Origin: Candidatus Eiseniibacteriota bacterium
Lineage (GTDB): Bacteria; Eisenbacteria; RBG-16-71-46; CAZAMP01
Assembly (NCBI GenBank): GCA_965224245.1
Contig: OZ245046.1
Span: 3,168,001-3,232,000, forward strand
Direction: 5' to 3'
DNA: 64,000 nt
In this document: positions 36,950 to 47,752 of the stretch, piece by piece
Numbering within the stretch: position 1 is the stretch's first letter
Layout: each line of letters starts with the position of its first letter
Notes under the pieces: generated by a model
Told to the model about the DNA's origin: nothing
Databases searched by the model: none
The model's input: only the letters and a program-made list of their open reading frames with translations
Translations under genes and position numbers: made by a program

Positions 36950-38212
36950 TCATCGCCACGTCACGCGGGTTCCGAGAACGGCGTCCGTGCGGCCGTCGCG
37001 CGCCCGGACGGCGAGCGTCAGATCGAGGTCGCGATGCCGGACGCCGATGCGCCACGCACGCGCGCGCTCGCCGAGCGACAGCGAGCGGGTCGCCCCGGGC
37101 GCGAGACGGATCGAAAGCGACGACGCCCCGACATCGGCGAGCACCGTCGAGACGTCGAGTCGCGTGGCACCGCGCGTGCACCACGCGCGCGCACGCAGAC
37201 CGACCCGCACGTGCCCGTCCTGCTCCGCGGCATCCACACGGCACTCCCAGCGCCAGGCCGCCGGGGTCGTCGCCGGTGGTGGCGGAGGCCGGAGCGTGGC
37301 CCGGACCCAGACCGGACGCGCGTGCGGCACGCGGTGACCGGCCTCGAGAGCCACCGACCAGCCGGCTCGCCGTGCGCGCCATCGCAAACTCGAGTGGTGG
37401 CTCGTCCCGTCGCCCTGGACCCGGACGACGTGGCGGACCGAGGCGTGCCTCCCGCGGGCCGACCACGCGGCGACCCGCCCCGCCCCGCGTGACGCCCACC
37501 AGACGAGGTCGGTCGTGATGCCCGCCGTACCGGCACGGGCTCCCGCCCGGACGCGCGGGTCGCCGCCGATCCGCGACGCGCCGAGCACCACTCCGCGGTG
37601 GAGGCTCGATCGACCCAGCGCGATCCCCCAGTCAGGGGCGCCCGCAGCCGTGCCGTCGGTCCCCGAGCGAGCCTGCACCTCCCACGTGGATCCGGATCGG
37701 CGCGACCCGACCAGAACGTGCTGGACGCCCGCCGCACCGGCGCCGCGCAGGATCGCGATCCGCACACCGCCGAGCGAGGCCTCGACGCCCAGGTTGTCGC
37801 GTCGGCTGCGCGCGTCGGAGCTCTCGAGAGCGCGCCCGCCGCGCCACGGCCGGGTCGACGTCGGGGCGGCGGCCTCGTCCAGCGGGAGTCGTCCCAGGAG
37901 CCGGACACCCCCGACCAGGAGGCGCGTGCCCCGGAAGCTCGCCACGAGGGTTCCGAGCGGCGCCCGTCCCGGCTCGACGGCGACCCAGCCGGTGATCGGG
38001 CCGCGGACCTCGGCAGCGGTGCGGCCCGGGCGGTCGCGCTGCCACACCGAGGCGAGCCTGACCTCCGCACCCGCGCCCGCCGCCGCGACGAGCGCCGCCA
38101 GGCAGGCCGCCGCCGGTCTCGCGGCGCGGACGATCCTGGCGCGACCTCCCCCCTGGCCACGGCGCCCGGACGCGCACCGTGCCCGGGGGTCCGCCCGATC
38201 GCCGGCGATCAC
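36950..38212 (-). CDS. Hypothetical protein, possibly an outer-membrane beta-strand-rich protein (start uncertain)
   Basis: Fills the operon gap between the flanking minus-strand genes; signal-like AAACLAALVAAAGAGA; alternating beta pattern ending TRVTWR. Confidence 0.45.
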   Translation of the reverse strand: MIAGDRADPRARCASGRRGQGGGRARIVRAARPAAACLAALVAAAGAGAEVRLASVWQRDRPGRTAAEVRGPITGWVAVEPGRAPLGTLVASFRGTRLLVGGVRLLGRLPLDEAAAPTSTRPWRGGRALESSDARSRRDNLGVEASLGGVRIAILRGAGAAGVQHVLVGSRRSGSTWEVQARSGTDGTAAGAPDWGIALGRSSLHRGVVLGASRIGGDPRVRAGARAGTAGITTDLVWWASRGAGRVAAWSARGRHASVRHVVRVQGDGTSHHSSLRWRARRAGWSVALEAGHRVPHARPVWVRATLRPPPPPATTPAAWRWECRVDAAEQDGHVRVGLRARAWCTRGATRLDVSTVLADVGASSLSIRLAPGATRSLSLGERARAWRIGVRHRDLDLTLAVRARDGRTDAVLGTRVTWR

Positions 38213-38994
38213 GGTCCGCCCCCGATCACCTGGAGCCCCGACGTCACGCCGAGCTCGAGATGTACCGCCGAACCGACGCTCACGACGACCGGCTCGGCCA
38301 GGTCGACCCGGAGCGTGACGACCGCGCTGGACAGATCCACCCGAACCGACCAGGCGAGCCGCTCTCCACCGGCGCCGATGCGCGTGATCAGCGCGGTCGC
38401 CGCATCCCGCTCGCTGGCCAGACCGATCTCGGTGAACCAGCCTCGCTCGGAGACCCGCGCTTCGGCGCGCCAGCGGTCGGGGTACAGGGCGTGAGCGCCC
38501 GTGACCGGCACGGCTGGCTGCGTCAGGAGCACCGACACGCGCCCGATCCTCGCGCGCCAGTGGGCGCCGACACCGGCGCCGTGCCGCGCGTCCTCCCCGG
38601 CGCGCTGACGTCGCCCGTCGACGACCAGCCCGAAGCCGCGTCCGCGAGGCCGCCAGCCGAGCGAAGTCCGGGTCTCGTCGTAGAACGTCGTCCCGACTCG
38701 GCCGACACCGAGCTGCACGCCGGCGATGACGACGGCGGCGGCCTGCGACGTGATCCCGGTCCCGCGGGGTCCCGACCAGGACGCCACGCCCCAGCGGGCA
38801 CCGCGATCGAGAAGTACCGTCGCCGGCGACGTCGGCCCCCGCTCGACGCTCGCGCCGACGGGCGATGGCGTGTCGGGACCCGCGAGCTCCGGAACCGCGT
38901 GAAACGAATCGGCCCGGACACCACCCGACATCAGCGCACCCCACGCGAGCGCGCTCGCCATCGCTGGTCCGATCGACCGAAGCGGTCGCGTCAT
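38209..38994 (-). CDS. Hypothetical exported protein (beta-barrel-like)
   Basis: Signal peptide; ATGA overlap with the upstream gene; ends HLELGVTSGLQV. Confidence 0.55.
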   Translation of the reverse strand: MTRPLRSIGPAMASALAWGALMSGGVRADSFHAVPELAGPDTPSPVGASVERGPTSPATVLLDRGARWGVASWSGPRGTGITSQAAAVVIAGVQLGVGRVGTTFYDETRTSLGWRPRGRGFGLVVDGRRQRAGEDARHGAGVGAHWRARIGRVSVLLTQPAVPVTGAHALYPDRWRAEARVSERGWFTEIGLASERDAATALITRIGAGGERLAWSVRVDLSSAVVTLRVDLAEPVVVSVGSAVHLELGVTSGLQVIGGGP

Positions 38995-40679
38995 CGCCAG
39001 CTCACCGCGAGCGATGCGCGCTCACGCCCCCGCACGCGGTCGTCGACGAGGTGTGTCGCGACGACGACGTACAGCCCCGGCGACAGCGATCGCCCGTCGA
39101 TCGTGCCGTTCCAGCGGACGACTCCCCGATGTCCGCGACGCTCGGCGATGAGTCCACGCCCGCGCCCGTCGAGTCGGAAGAGCTCGAGACGGACGCGGCC
39201 GGCTGCCTCGCGAAACGCATAGACGATGGCGACGTCGGACGTGCCGGTCACGACGCGAGGCTCGACCCCGAGCCCCGACGCGCGCGGGGGATCGGCCCGC
39301 GCGCCGTTCGTGCGACCGGGCGTGGGGCCGAGCGGTGAGTCGACCCACATCGACGGGTCCGACCCGATCTCGTCGGGGCTCACGCGCTCGAGCGACGCGC
39401 CCTCGGAGGCGCCGCTCCAGGACACCGCGTCGATCACGGCGCCGGCCGCGTCGACCAGGTACAGGACGTCGCCGGTGTCGTTCAGCGACGGGAGCCCGAC
39501 CTCCCGGACGTCGGTGGCGTCGAGTGCCGGGTACGTGCCGAGGAGCCGAGCGGAGTCGGTCGTCAGCACGACGCGCGAGCCCCGGGGTCCCGACACCGGA
39601 ACGGCGACGGCGGCACCGGCGGCATCGCGGATCGTGACGACCGCCGGCGTCTCCACGTCCGAGCGCCACAGGAGCTCGATCCACTCGGGCTCGTCGGGAC
39701 GGGGGCGCGCGCGGACCTCGGTCACGACCACCTCGGGCAGCCCGATCCGGATCGCGACGCTCGCGCCCTCGTGCTCGACGCCGACCGCGGTCACCGGCAC
39801 GGCGTGCGATCCGGGACCGAGCGGGTCGATCGGGAGCTCGAGCGTGCGATCGGCACCGGGAACGAGCTCGGGGAGCGCCGCCGATCCGACGACGTCGGTG
39901 CCGAGGCGAGCCTCGATGCGAACGTCCGCGCCGAGGGCGCCGAGCCCACCGTTTCGCGCGACGAGGCGCACGGCGAGCGCGCGCCCCGGCTCCGCGAGCA
40001 CCGGCGCCGTCGCCGGAAAGCTCGGCATCAACGACACGAACCGGTCGGGGAAGTTGGTCGCGCCGGGCGTCGCGCGATCGGCCGGGACCCAGTCCGCGGC
40101 GTTGTCGTCGGTGTCCGCGCCGTCGGGGCGCCGGGCCAGGAGCCCCGGCGACGGATCGGGCGCGGGTCGACCCTCGGCGTACCCGCCGTGCGTGTGCGCG
40201 CCCCATCCCAGGAGATCCACCACGCGGCCGTCGACCCGTAGCCGGCACGCGTCCGGTCCGTTCTGGAGCCCGAGGGTCCGCGGAATGTCGCTTCGCGGAT
40301 CGTCTCCGATCACGAGACGGCCGCCGGCCGGCAGGCGCTCGCCCGAGCCCTCCCAGACCACGGACCAGTCGTCGGGAGCGGCCCCGTTGCCGCGCTCGAG
40401 CTGCCAGCGGCCGTCCAGGACGGCCGCATCGAACCCGGTGTTCATGAGCTCGACGTACTCGGCACCGGCGTCGGGGCCGTCGGGATCGTAGGCGACCTCG
40501 TTCAGGACGACGGCGCCCATCGCCGACGCCGCGAGAGCGGCCAGGGTGACGGCGGCCACGAACGACCGGCCGCCGGCGCGCGTGAGAGCCACGCGTACGC
40601 GCGAGTGAGTGTCGATCGACACGATCGTCTCCAGCCGGGGAAGGACGGGACCGGGGGGAACGAAACGGGGAGAATGCAC
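38991..40679 (-). CDS. Lamin-tail-domain protein with Ig/CARDB-like and FlgD-like C-terminal domains
   Basis: VVLNEVAYDP..EYVEL, second VVTEV..PEWIEL, TPG..N repeats, C-terminal VVRWNG..DGRSLSPGLYVV; start uncertain. Confidence 0.75.
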   Translation of the reverse strand: MHSPRFVPPGPVLPRLETIVSIDTHSRVRVALTRAGGRSFVAAVTLAALAASAMGAVVLNEVAYDPDGPDAGAEYVELMNTGFDAAVLDGRWQLERGNGAAPDDWSVVWEGSGERLPAGGRLVIGDDPRSDIPRTLGLQNGPDACRLRVDGRVVDLLGWGAHTHGGYAEGRPAPDPSPGLLARRPDGADTDDNAADWVPADRATPGATNFPDRFVSLMPSFPATAPVLAEPGRALAVRLVARNGGLGALGADVRIEARLGTDVVGSAALPELVPGADRTLELPIDPLGPGSHAVPVTAVGVEHEGASVAIRIGLPEVVVTEVRARPRPDEPEWIELLWRSDVETPAVVTIRDAAGAAVAVPVSGPRGSRVVLTTDSARLLGTYPALDATDVREVGLPSLNDTGDVLYLVDAAGAVIDAVSWSGASEGASLERVSPDEIGSDPSMWVDSPLGPTPGRTNGARADPPRASGLGVEPRVVTGTSDVAIVYAFREAAGRVRLELFRLDGRGRGLIAERRGHRGVVRWNGTIDGRSLSPGLYVVVATHLVDDRVRGRERASLAVSWR

Positions 40680-40703
40680 GCGGAGCGGAACGGATCGAAC
40701 GAC

Positions 40704-42917
40704 CTAGGCGAGCCCTCCTCGCCGGCGAAGCCACCACTCCAGTGCGAGCGCGACCAGGAACACCGCCAGCGGAATCGGGTGGTTCCACAGCGCGATCTCG
40801 CGGACCGACGCCGCTCGCAGCGGAGGGGTGATCCGGCGTGCGAGCTCGGACACGTCGGCCGCATCCACCGCGACGCCACCCGACGCACGGGCCGCACTCG
40901 CGAGCAATGACGGGTCCGGCGACAGCTCCCACCACTCCGGACCGTTCGCGTCGACGCGGATCTCGCCTTCCTGCCGGAGAGCCCCGTCGTTCTCGGTCAT
41001 CTCGACCCGGTACGCGTAGCGACCCGGAGGCAGCTCGCCGGCGCTCACGCGTATCGCGCCGCCGTCCAGTCGCTCGACGGCGAGGCGAGTCTCGGTGTCG
41101 CCCGACGTGAGCGTGGCCGTGATGGACCCGTCCGACAGCGGAGACAGATCGGGAGCGAGGGCCCTTCCGGAGAACGTGACGGCATCGCCGGGGCGGAACA
41201 CGTCGCGGTCGGCGCGAACATAGAAGCGTGCCGTCGGCTCGGGATCGGCCAGCCAGCGCATGACACCGACCCAGAAGCGATCGAAGAATGCGTCGTCGGC
41301 CCCGACCCCCTCGCGCACGAACTTCCACTTCCACGGGGTGCGGGCCGCGAACACGACGACGCGACCCGACCCCGCCCGACCGACGGTGAGGATCGGGAAT
41401 CTCGTCGAGGGACCGCGTAGCGCCACGAGCACCTCGCCGCCGGGCTTCTCGGCCCCGGCGCCGATCGCGGGACGCACCGGTGGAAGATCGGCCCACAGAT
41501 CTCGGTTGCCGTAGACGTCGCCGTGGATCGCGACCAGGGGATGCGCGTCGCCGAGCGGCGTCACCTCCGGCGAGAGTGGCGGCGTGCCGGCGCTGCCCTC
41601 GCCGCGAAGCGGAGGCCCCACGGGAGCCACCGGAAGCACCGTGGACAGCGGCGTTCCCGCCAGCCGTGACAGTCCCCCGGCGCGGTTGCCCCCGAGCACC
41701 AGCAGCCCGCCGCCGGCCTCGACGTAGTCGACCAGACGCCGCCAGTCCGCGTCGGACAGGAAGCCCGGCGAGAGATCGCCGAGGATGACGGCCTTGTACT
41801 CGGCCAGATCGGACGCCGTTCGCGGGAACACGTGCGGCCCGTCGGGCGACAGCGGCCTCGGCGCCGCGTCGGTGGGCTTGACGAGGTATCGATAGGCGAG
41901 CGTGGTGTCGCGCTCGAGCGTATGACGCAGGAACATGAAGTCCCAGCTCAGGAACTCGTCGAGGACCAGCACCTGAAGCCGGTCCTTTCGAACGTCCACG
42001 GCGACGTGCATGGAGTCGTTCACCGAGAACGCGTCGCCGCCGGCGCCCTCGGCGACCACCCGGTAGAAGCGAACGCCGGCCCGCTCGGGGGTGACCCGGA
42101 ACGCGGCCTCGCTGGCGCCACCGGATCCGGCGATCCGTACCGTGTCGGAGGCGATCGGCTCGCCGGCCTCGTCCACGAGCTGCACGATGCGCTCGACGGC
42201 GTCCGCGCCGGTGGTGCGCACGCGCGCACGGATGGTCAGGGGCTGCCCGACGAACGCCGCCGGCGGCGCCTCGGCTCCGACGACGCGGACGTCCGCCGCC
42301 GTGACGCTGTCGCCGAGGGCCACGGTAAACACGGGCACTCCACCGTCGCGAGCGACGGTCACGAGGTCACGCCCGCGCGTGGCCACACCGTCCGAGATCA
42401 GGACCGCCGCCGCCAGCGGCCCCTGACGTGCGGCACGCATCAGGCCCTCGAGCGCATCGCCCGGAGCCGAGGCCGTGGACGGACCGACCTCGATGGGCAC
42501 TCCCGCGGTCACCGGCGCGTGCAGGGCATGATCGAACGGCCGGATGGTGACGGCGTAGCGATCGTCGAGTGCGGACGCGAGCTCGGTGGCGACTCGCGTG
42601 GCGGCCTCGGCGCGGGTGACGCCGCCCTCGTCGGCCAGCGACATGCTCGATGAGGCATCGACCAGGATGGCCACCTCGGGCCGCTCGTTCGAGGTCTCGT
42701 CGACCAGGGCCGACGGGCGGGACAGCAGCACGAGCACGACCAGGAGCGCGATGCCGCGGAGACCCCAGAGCGCGACCCGGCGGGGCCGCGTGAGGGGGGC
42801 CGCCGTCGTGCCGTACGCCCAGGCGGCCAGCGCCAGCGCGATCGCCACGAGCGAGAGGAAGACGATCCATCCGCCCCAGGGCTCGAATGCGATTCGTTGC
42901 AGATCCAGGTCAGACAT
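40704..42917 (-). CDS. Membrane protein with vWA and glutamine-amidotransferase-like domains
   Basis: N-terminal TMs with LRG, DASSSM MIDAS, LISDG, YVEAGGGLLVLGG, C-terminal LEWWLRRRGGLA. Confidence 0.85.
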   Translation of the reverse strand: MSDLDLQRIAFEPWGGWIVFLSLVAIALALAAWAYGTTAAPLTRPRRVALWGLRGIALLVVLVLLSRPSALVDETSNERPEVAILVDASSSMSLADEGGVTRAEAATRVATELASALDDRYAVTIRPFDHALHAPVTAGVPIEVGPSTASAPGDALEGLMRAARQGPLAAAVLISDGVATRGRDLVTVARDGGVPVFTVALGDSVTAADVRVVGAEAPPAAFVGQPLTIRARVRTTGADAVERIVQLVDEAGEPIASDTVRIAGSGGASEAAFRVTPERAGVRFYRVVAEGAGGDAFSVNDSMHVAVDVRKDRLQVLVLDEFLSWDFMFLRHTLERDTTLAYRYLVKPTDAAPRPLSPDGPHVFPRTASDLAEYKAVILGDLSPGFLSDADWRRLVDYVEAGGGLLVLGGNRAGGLSRLAGTPLSTVLPVAPVGPPLRGEGSAGTPPLSPEVTPLGDAHPLVAIHGDVYGNRDLWADLPPVRPAIGAGAEKPGGEVLVALRGPSTRFPILTVGRAGSGRVVVFAARTPWKWKFVREGVGADDAFFDRFWVGVMRWLADPEPTARFYVRADRDVFRPGDAVTFSGRALAPDLSPLSDGSITATLTSGDTETRLAVERLDGGAIRVSAGELPPGRYAYRVEMTENDGALRQEGEIRVDANGPEWWELSPDPSLLASAARASGGVAVDAADVSELARRITPPLRAASVREIALWNHPIPLAVFLVALALEWWLRRRGGLA

Positions 42918-43104
42918 GGGCGTCCAGGTTCATGTGCCCCGACGGCGAGTCGGGGGACGGCAACGGCGGGAGAGCGTGCACGGCACCGCGTGCGAGGCGA
43001 TGCGTGGTGTACTGCGCGTCGCGCCGACGGTCAAGCATCAAATCCCCAACGGAATGGTGTACCGTCGTAACACCTTTTCGTTCCGTGAAGTGGAGACTTC
43101 GACG

Positions 43105-44334
43105 ATGACGCTCCCCCTGTATCGAGACGATCAGACGCTGATCCGCTTCCGCGCGCGCGTGATCGGGCGCGACACGCGCGAGGGCCACCCCTGGGTCGCG
43201 CTCGACCGGTCCGCATTCTACGCCACCGCGGGCGGACAGCCACACGATACCGGCGTTCTGGACGGCCGATCGGTTCTCGACGTGCGGCGCGACGCCGACG
43301 GGCTCGTGTGGCACCGCGTCTCGGGGCCGATCGACCGGGAGAGCGTGGCCGGCGAGATCGACTGGCCGCGGCGACGCGATCACATGCAGCAGCACACCGC
43401 TCAGCATCTCCTGAGCCGGCTCATGCTCGATCACCACGCCGCCCCGACGGTCGGCGTCGCGATCGGCCCCGAGGTCAGCACCGTGGACTTCCCCGGCACG
43501 GACTGGCCGCCGTCCACCTGGGCCGATCTGGAGGAGCTCGCGGCGACCGAGATCGCCCGGGCGCGTCCGGTCCGCGTCGAGACGGTGTCTCGCGCGGACG
43601 CCGAGCGCATGGACCTCCGGAAGCTGCCCCCCGACGTGGATCCCGTCCGGATCGTGTCGATCGAGGGGCTCGACCGGACGTCGTGCGGCGGCACGCACGT
43701 CGCGAGCACGGCGGAGCTGTCGCCGATCGTCATCACCGGGACCGAGAACATGGGCAAGCGCACGCGGCTTACGTTCCTGGCCGGCGCGCGGGCTCGCGGC
43801 GACCACCGGACGGTCCGTCGCACGCTCGAACGCATGGCCCTGTCGATCTCGGCTCGCCTGGAGGACGTCGAGCCCGCCTGGACGAAGCTCCAGGAGGACG
43901 TCCGCGCCGGGGCCCGGCGGCTCGAGGCCGCAAACACCGCGCTGGCCAGGGAGCGACTGGCCGCGTGGGCCGACCGCGAGGCCGCGTCCGCCGGCGGTGT
44001 CCGCGTGATCACGAGACGCCTCGACCCCGAGGTCGCCGCGCCGTACGTGTCGTCGCCCGCCGCCGTCGTCGCCGCACTCGCCGACGCGATCGCCGGCGAG
44101 CGCGCGCTGATCCTCCTCGCCGGCTGGGCCGCGGGCGACAAGGCGAACCTGTTCTTCGTGCGGAGCCCCGACGTCGAGCGGGATCTCCGCCCCGCGCTCG
44201 CCGCCGCGCTCCCTCACGTCGACGGACGGGGCGGCGGGGGTCCGGGTCGCGTGCAGGGCGGGGGCACGCGGCCGGACGGGATCGACGTCGCGCTCGCCAC
44301 CGCGAGCCGGACGCTCGTAGAGGCCGCACCCTAG
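43105..44334 (+). CDS. Alanyl-tRNA editing protein (AlaX-L type with DHHA1)
   Basis: FYATAGGQPHDTG, MQQHTAQHLLS, CGGTHV, GRGGG...VQGGG. Confidence 0.92.
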   Translation: MTLPLYRDDQTLIRFRARVIGRDTREGHPWVALDRSAFYATAGGQPHDTGVLDGRSVLDVRRDADGLVWHRVSGPIDRESVAGEIDWPRRRDHMQQHTAQHLLSRLMLDHHAAPTVGVAIGPEVSTVDFPGTDWPPSTWADLEELAATEIARARPVRVETVSRADAERMDLRKLPPDVDPVRIVSIEGLDRTSCGGTHVASTAELSPIVITGTENMGKRTRLTFLAGARARGDHRTVRRTLERMALSISARLEDVEPAWTKLQEDVRAGARRLEAANTALARERLAAWADREAASAGGVRVITRRLDPEVAAPYVSSPAAVVAALADAIAGERALILLAGWAAGDKANLFFVRSPDVERDLRPALAAALPHVDGRGGGGPGRVQGGGTRPDGIDVALATASRTLVEAAP

Positions 44335-44341
44335 AGACGAT

Positions 44342-44420
44342 CCCCGCGAGCGCACGCCGCGCCGCGGGAGCGCGGGCCGCGTCGCGGGAGCGCACGCCAC
44401 GCCGCGGGAGCGCGCCGCCT
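44342..44420. repeat. About 4 copies of a 20-bp GC-rich tandem repeat between convergent genes
   Basis: Units resemble CCGCGGGAGCGCACGCCGCG with period 20. Confidence 0.6.
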
Positions 44421-44440
44421 CGGTCTCGGCGTGCGACGCG

Positions 44441-45181
44441 TCAGGCCGCCCCGGCGGGGCTGGCCGATGGACAGTCGGGGGCGAGGACACAATCCGCGCA
44501 GCGCGGCCGGCGGGCGATGCACGTCTTGCGACCGTGGAGGATGAGCCGATGCGAGAAGTCGATCCACTCGCTCCGGGGCAAGAGGGCCATCAGGTCGCGC
44601 TCGACCTTCACCGGATCGGTCTCGGTGGTCAACCCGAGCAGGCGTGAGATCCGGCCGACGTGCGTGTCCACGACCACGCCGGCAGCGGTGCCGTAGGCAA
44701 CCCCGAGAACCACGTTCGCCGTCTTTCGGGCCACACCGGGAAGCGTCAGGAGCTCGTCCATCGTGCGAGGGACCTCTCCGTCGAACGCCTCGACCAGGCG
44801 CGCCGCCGCGCCCCGGATGTTCCTCGCCTTGTTTCGGAAGAATCCGGTGGATCGAATCAGCTCCTCGACCTCGGTCGGATCGGACGCGGCGAGCGACTCG
44901 GCGTCCGGGAAGCGCGCGAAGAGCGCGGGCGTGACCATGTTCACGCGCTCGTCGGTGCACTGCGCGGACAGGATCGTGGCCACGAGGAGCTGAAGCGGCG
45001 TCCGGTGATCGAGCGCGCAGCGGGGTGCCGGGAACTCGTCGGTGAGCGTCCGGACCACGCGCCGCGCGCGGGTCCCGGGCGACACCTTGCGCCCGCCCGC
45101 CTTGCGCGACGTCTTCCGGCTGCCCGTCCTCGGCGAGGTCTTTCGGCCCTTCGGCCGGCGATCAGCCGGCCGCGAAGACAC
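44441..45181 (-). CDS. nth: Endonuclease III
   Basis: LVATILSAQCTD, LPGVARKTAN, VDTHV, CxARRPRCxxCx5C Fe-S motif; start approximate. Confidence 0.95.
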   Translation of the reverse strand: MSSRPADRRPKGRKTSPRTGSRKTSRKAGGRKVSPGTRARRVVRTLTDEFPAPRCALDHRTPLQLLVATILSAQCTDERVNMVTPALFARFPDAESLAASDPTEVEELIRSTGFFRNKARNIRGAAARLVEAFDGEVPRTMDELLTLPGVARKTANVVLGVAYGTAAGVVVDTHVGRISRLLGLTTETDPVKVERDLMALLPRSEWIDFSHRLILHGRKTCIARRPRCADCVLAPDCPSASPAGAA

Positions 45182-45962
45182 CGTCGAGCCAGGACATGAT
45201 GGCGGCACGCACCCGGAAGCTGGACAGGAGCGACGACCCGTGATCGGCACCGTCCACCTCCAGCACCTCGCACTCGCCGGCCGCCTTCGAGCGAATGACG
45301 GCGACCGACTCGGCGGAGCCGCGATCACCTTTGGCCGTGATGACCAGGGATGACCGATTGCCGAACGCGTGAATGGCGTCGGCCGCCTCGTAGCCGCGAT
45401 CCTCCAGCGTCGGTGACAGCAGTCCCAGCCCGACGAGAAGGTGATCGTCGGTGGCATAGGCGGCCGCGACGTTGGCACCGAGCCCGGCACCGATCACGGC
45501 CACCCGAACGCCGTCGATGTCCTCCCGTTCACGCAGGAAACGGATGGCCGCCCGGACGTCGTTGGGGAAGGCCGAGACGTCCTCGTCCGAGAGCGACTCG
45601 AGGTCGCCGGCGGAGAGGCTCTCGCCGTGCCCGCGCAGGTCGATCGCGATGGCCGCTATTCCCCGCGCGTTCAGCTCGGCCGCGAACTCCGACCACACGG
45701 TGCGGTCGTGTCCCCAGTCGTGAACCAGCACCACGGCCGGCGGCATCTGGGTGTCGGTCGCATGAAAGGTGCCGTGGATCGTCAGACCGTCCTCCGTCGT
45801 GAGGCCGACGCCTGGAACGTCGGCGACGGCGGCCGGCGTCGTGACCGAGGCGACGAGCGAGGCGGCCACGACGGCGCTCGAGAGCATCGCCGCGGGCAGC
45901 ACGCGCCGCGCGCGATGCGCAAGCCGGCACGGAGGTCGCCGTGCGGATCGAAGTCGGATCAT
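45162..45962 (-). CDS. Exported alpha/beta-hydrolase fold protein (nucleophile Ser absent)
   Basis: VVLVH, IDLRGHGES, VIGAGLGA, C-terminal HG; signal-like N-terminus. Confidence 0.8.
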   Translation of the reverse strand: MIRLRSARRPPCRLAHRARRVLPAAMLSSAVVAASLVASVTTPAAVADVPGVGLTTEDGLTIHGTFHATDTQMPPAVVLVHDWGHDRTVWSEFAAELNARGIAAIAIDLRGHGESLSAGDLESLSDEDVSAFPNDVRAAIRFLREREDIDGVRVAVIGAGLGANVAAAYATDDHLLVGLGLLSPTLEDRGYEAADAIHAFGNRSSLVITAKGDRGSAESVAVIRSKAAGECEVLEVDGADHGSSLLSSFRVRAAIMSWLDGVFAAG

Positions 45963-46154
45963 CGTGACGCGCCACTCCTTCAGATCGTGTTCGAGGTCCT
46001 GCCCGGTTTCGGGACGGAAACTATATTCCAGCACCCGTCTGGCGGTCAAACCCCCCGCGCGGCGTCGGTTGCAGGAAGCGGTGGTGAAGCGTAGACTCCC
46101 CAGCGCACGGTCGCCTCACCTCTCCGCGCTCGGCTCACTGGAGCGACACGACCC

Positions 46155-47693
46155 GTGGACGATTTCCTCCGCGCATTCGATCACAATCTCGCGCGCCGCA
46201 ACCTCCGGTTCCGGCTGCTCACGCTCGAACGAGAACGATCTCGCCCCGTCGAAGCGCTGCCCCACACGTTCGAGACCGAGCCGCTGCTCGAGTACGCGCA
46301 CCGGGTGCTCGCGGATCCGGACGTTCGCCGATCCGAGCACCGCGCGACGCTGATCGAGCTGACCGGAATCGCCGATGCCGTGTGCGGCCACGACGAGCGC
46401 GGGCACGAGCTGCTCGACGGGGCCCGCCGGCGGGCCGAGGAGCCGACCGAGCGAGCGCGGTTCGAGTATCTGGTCGGACATCACGTGCACTTTCGCCGCG
46501 GCGACTATGCGCTCGCGCGCCGGCACATGCTGGAGGCCGTCGACCGCACCGAGACGCATCGGGACCTCAAGTCACGGGCGCTCCTCGTCCTCGGTCGCGT
46601 CGCGCGACAGACCGACGACTACGACAGCGCCGAGCGGGCGTACCGGCAGGTCCTGACCGTCGGCGTCCTGGCGTTCCGGCCGCTGGCGATGCACTACCTG
46701 AGCATTCTCCACATGCATCGCGGCGAGCACGAGGAGGCGATCGCGCTGAACCGTCGCGCGCGCGCGGCGATGCTCGAAGACGGTCAGCGGCTGGGCACTC
46801 AACTCGCCGACACCGACCTGGCGGTCTTCTACATGCAGACCGGTCGTCTCGACGACGCGCTCGAGGTACTCGAGGAGGTCATCGCGAAGCACGTGGAGCT
46901 GCTCGACCTGAACTCGGCCGGTCAGGCCTATCACAACCTGGGTGTCGTCGAGGAGCGCCGGAAGGACTGGGATCGCGCGCGCGACGCTTACCGTCAGGCG
47001 GCACGCTATCTCTCGGCGACCGGACGGCACGGGCAGCTCTCGGTCACGTACCGGAACCTCAACAACGTCTTCCTGCAACAGGGCCAGGATGCGCTCGCGC
47101 TGGCCGCCTGCGAACGATCGATCGCATACGCCCGCCGGATCGACGCGTTCGACGCCGAGATCCGGGCGCGGGCGGCCGCGATGCAGATCATGGCCGACCG
47201 CCGGATCGGCGTCGAGAACGTCGCCGCAGAGGTGGCGCGCTGTCAGGAGATCCTGGAGGCCCACGCGTCCGACCTCACGCGCGAAGGGCTCCGGCGTTAC
47301 GCGCGCGTCGTCGGCGAGCTGGCCCTGATGGGCGTTCCCCTGAGGGCCGGCGTCGCCTCGCCGTCCCCCGACGCACCGCTGGCGCCGGACTCCGCGCGGC
47401 GCGCACTGGAGGCCGCGATGGGCACGCCCGACGAGAACGAGTTCCGCGACCTCCTGCTCTCTCGCATCGGCGCGGGAGTGCCCGGCCCGAGCTCACCACC
47501 ACCCGACGAGATCTGCGACTTCCTGATGCTCTTCGCCGGCGACTACTTCCAGTTCAAGCACTACGCCGAGGAGTTCCAGCTGACGCCCGGGCGCGTCAAG
47601 CACCACTTGCGAGGTCTCGTCGAACGCAACATCATCGAGCTGACCGGCACGCGCAAGGCGGCCAAGTACTCGCTCGCGTTCCACCGCCGCTGA
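46155..47693 (+). CDS. TPR-repeat protein with C-terminal winged-HTH-like domain
   Basis: Repeated AYHNLG/YRNL TPR helices; C-terminal [23 protein letters not shown]...Y. Confidence 0.7.
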   Translation: MDDFLRAFDHNLARRNLRFRLLTLERERSRPVEALPHTFETEPLLEYAHRVLADPDVRRSEHRATLIELTGIADAVCGHDERGHELLDGARRRAEEPTERARFEYLVGHHVHFRRGDYALARRHMLEAVDRTETHRDLKSRALLVLGRVARQTDDYDSAERAYRQVLTVGVLAFRPLAMHYLSILHMHRGEHEEAIALNRRARAAMLEDGQRLGTQLADTDLAVFYMQTGRLDDALEVLEEVIAKHVELLDLNSAGQAYHNLGVVEERRKDWDRARDAYRQAARYLSATGRHGQLSVTYRNLNNVFLQQGQDALALAACERSIAYARRIDAFDAEIRARAAAMQIMADRRIGVENVAAEVARCQEILEAHASDLTREGLRRYARVVGELALMGVPLRAGVASPSPDAPLAPDSARRALEAAMGTPDENEFRDLLLSRIGAGVPGPSSPPPDEICDFLMLFAGDYFQFKHYAEEFQLTPGRVKHHLRGLVERNIIELTGTRKAAKYSLAFHRR

Positions 47694-47752
47694 CCGATCC
47701 GGAAACCGTCACGTCCCCGTGGACACTCCTCCAACCGGAGAGCACGCGACGC

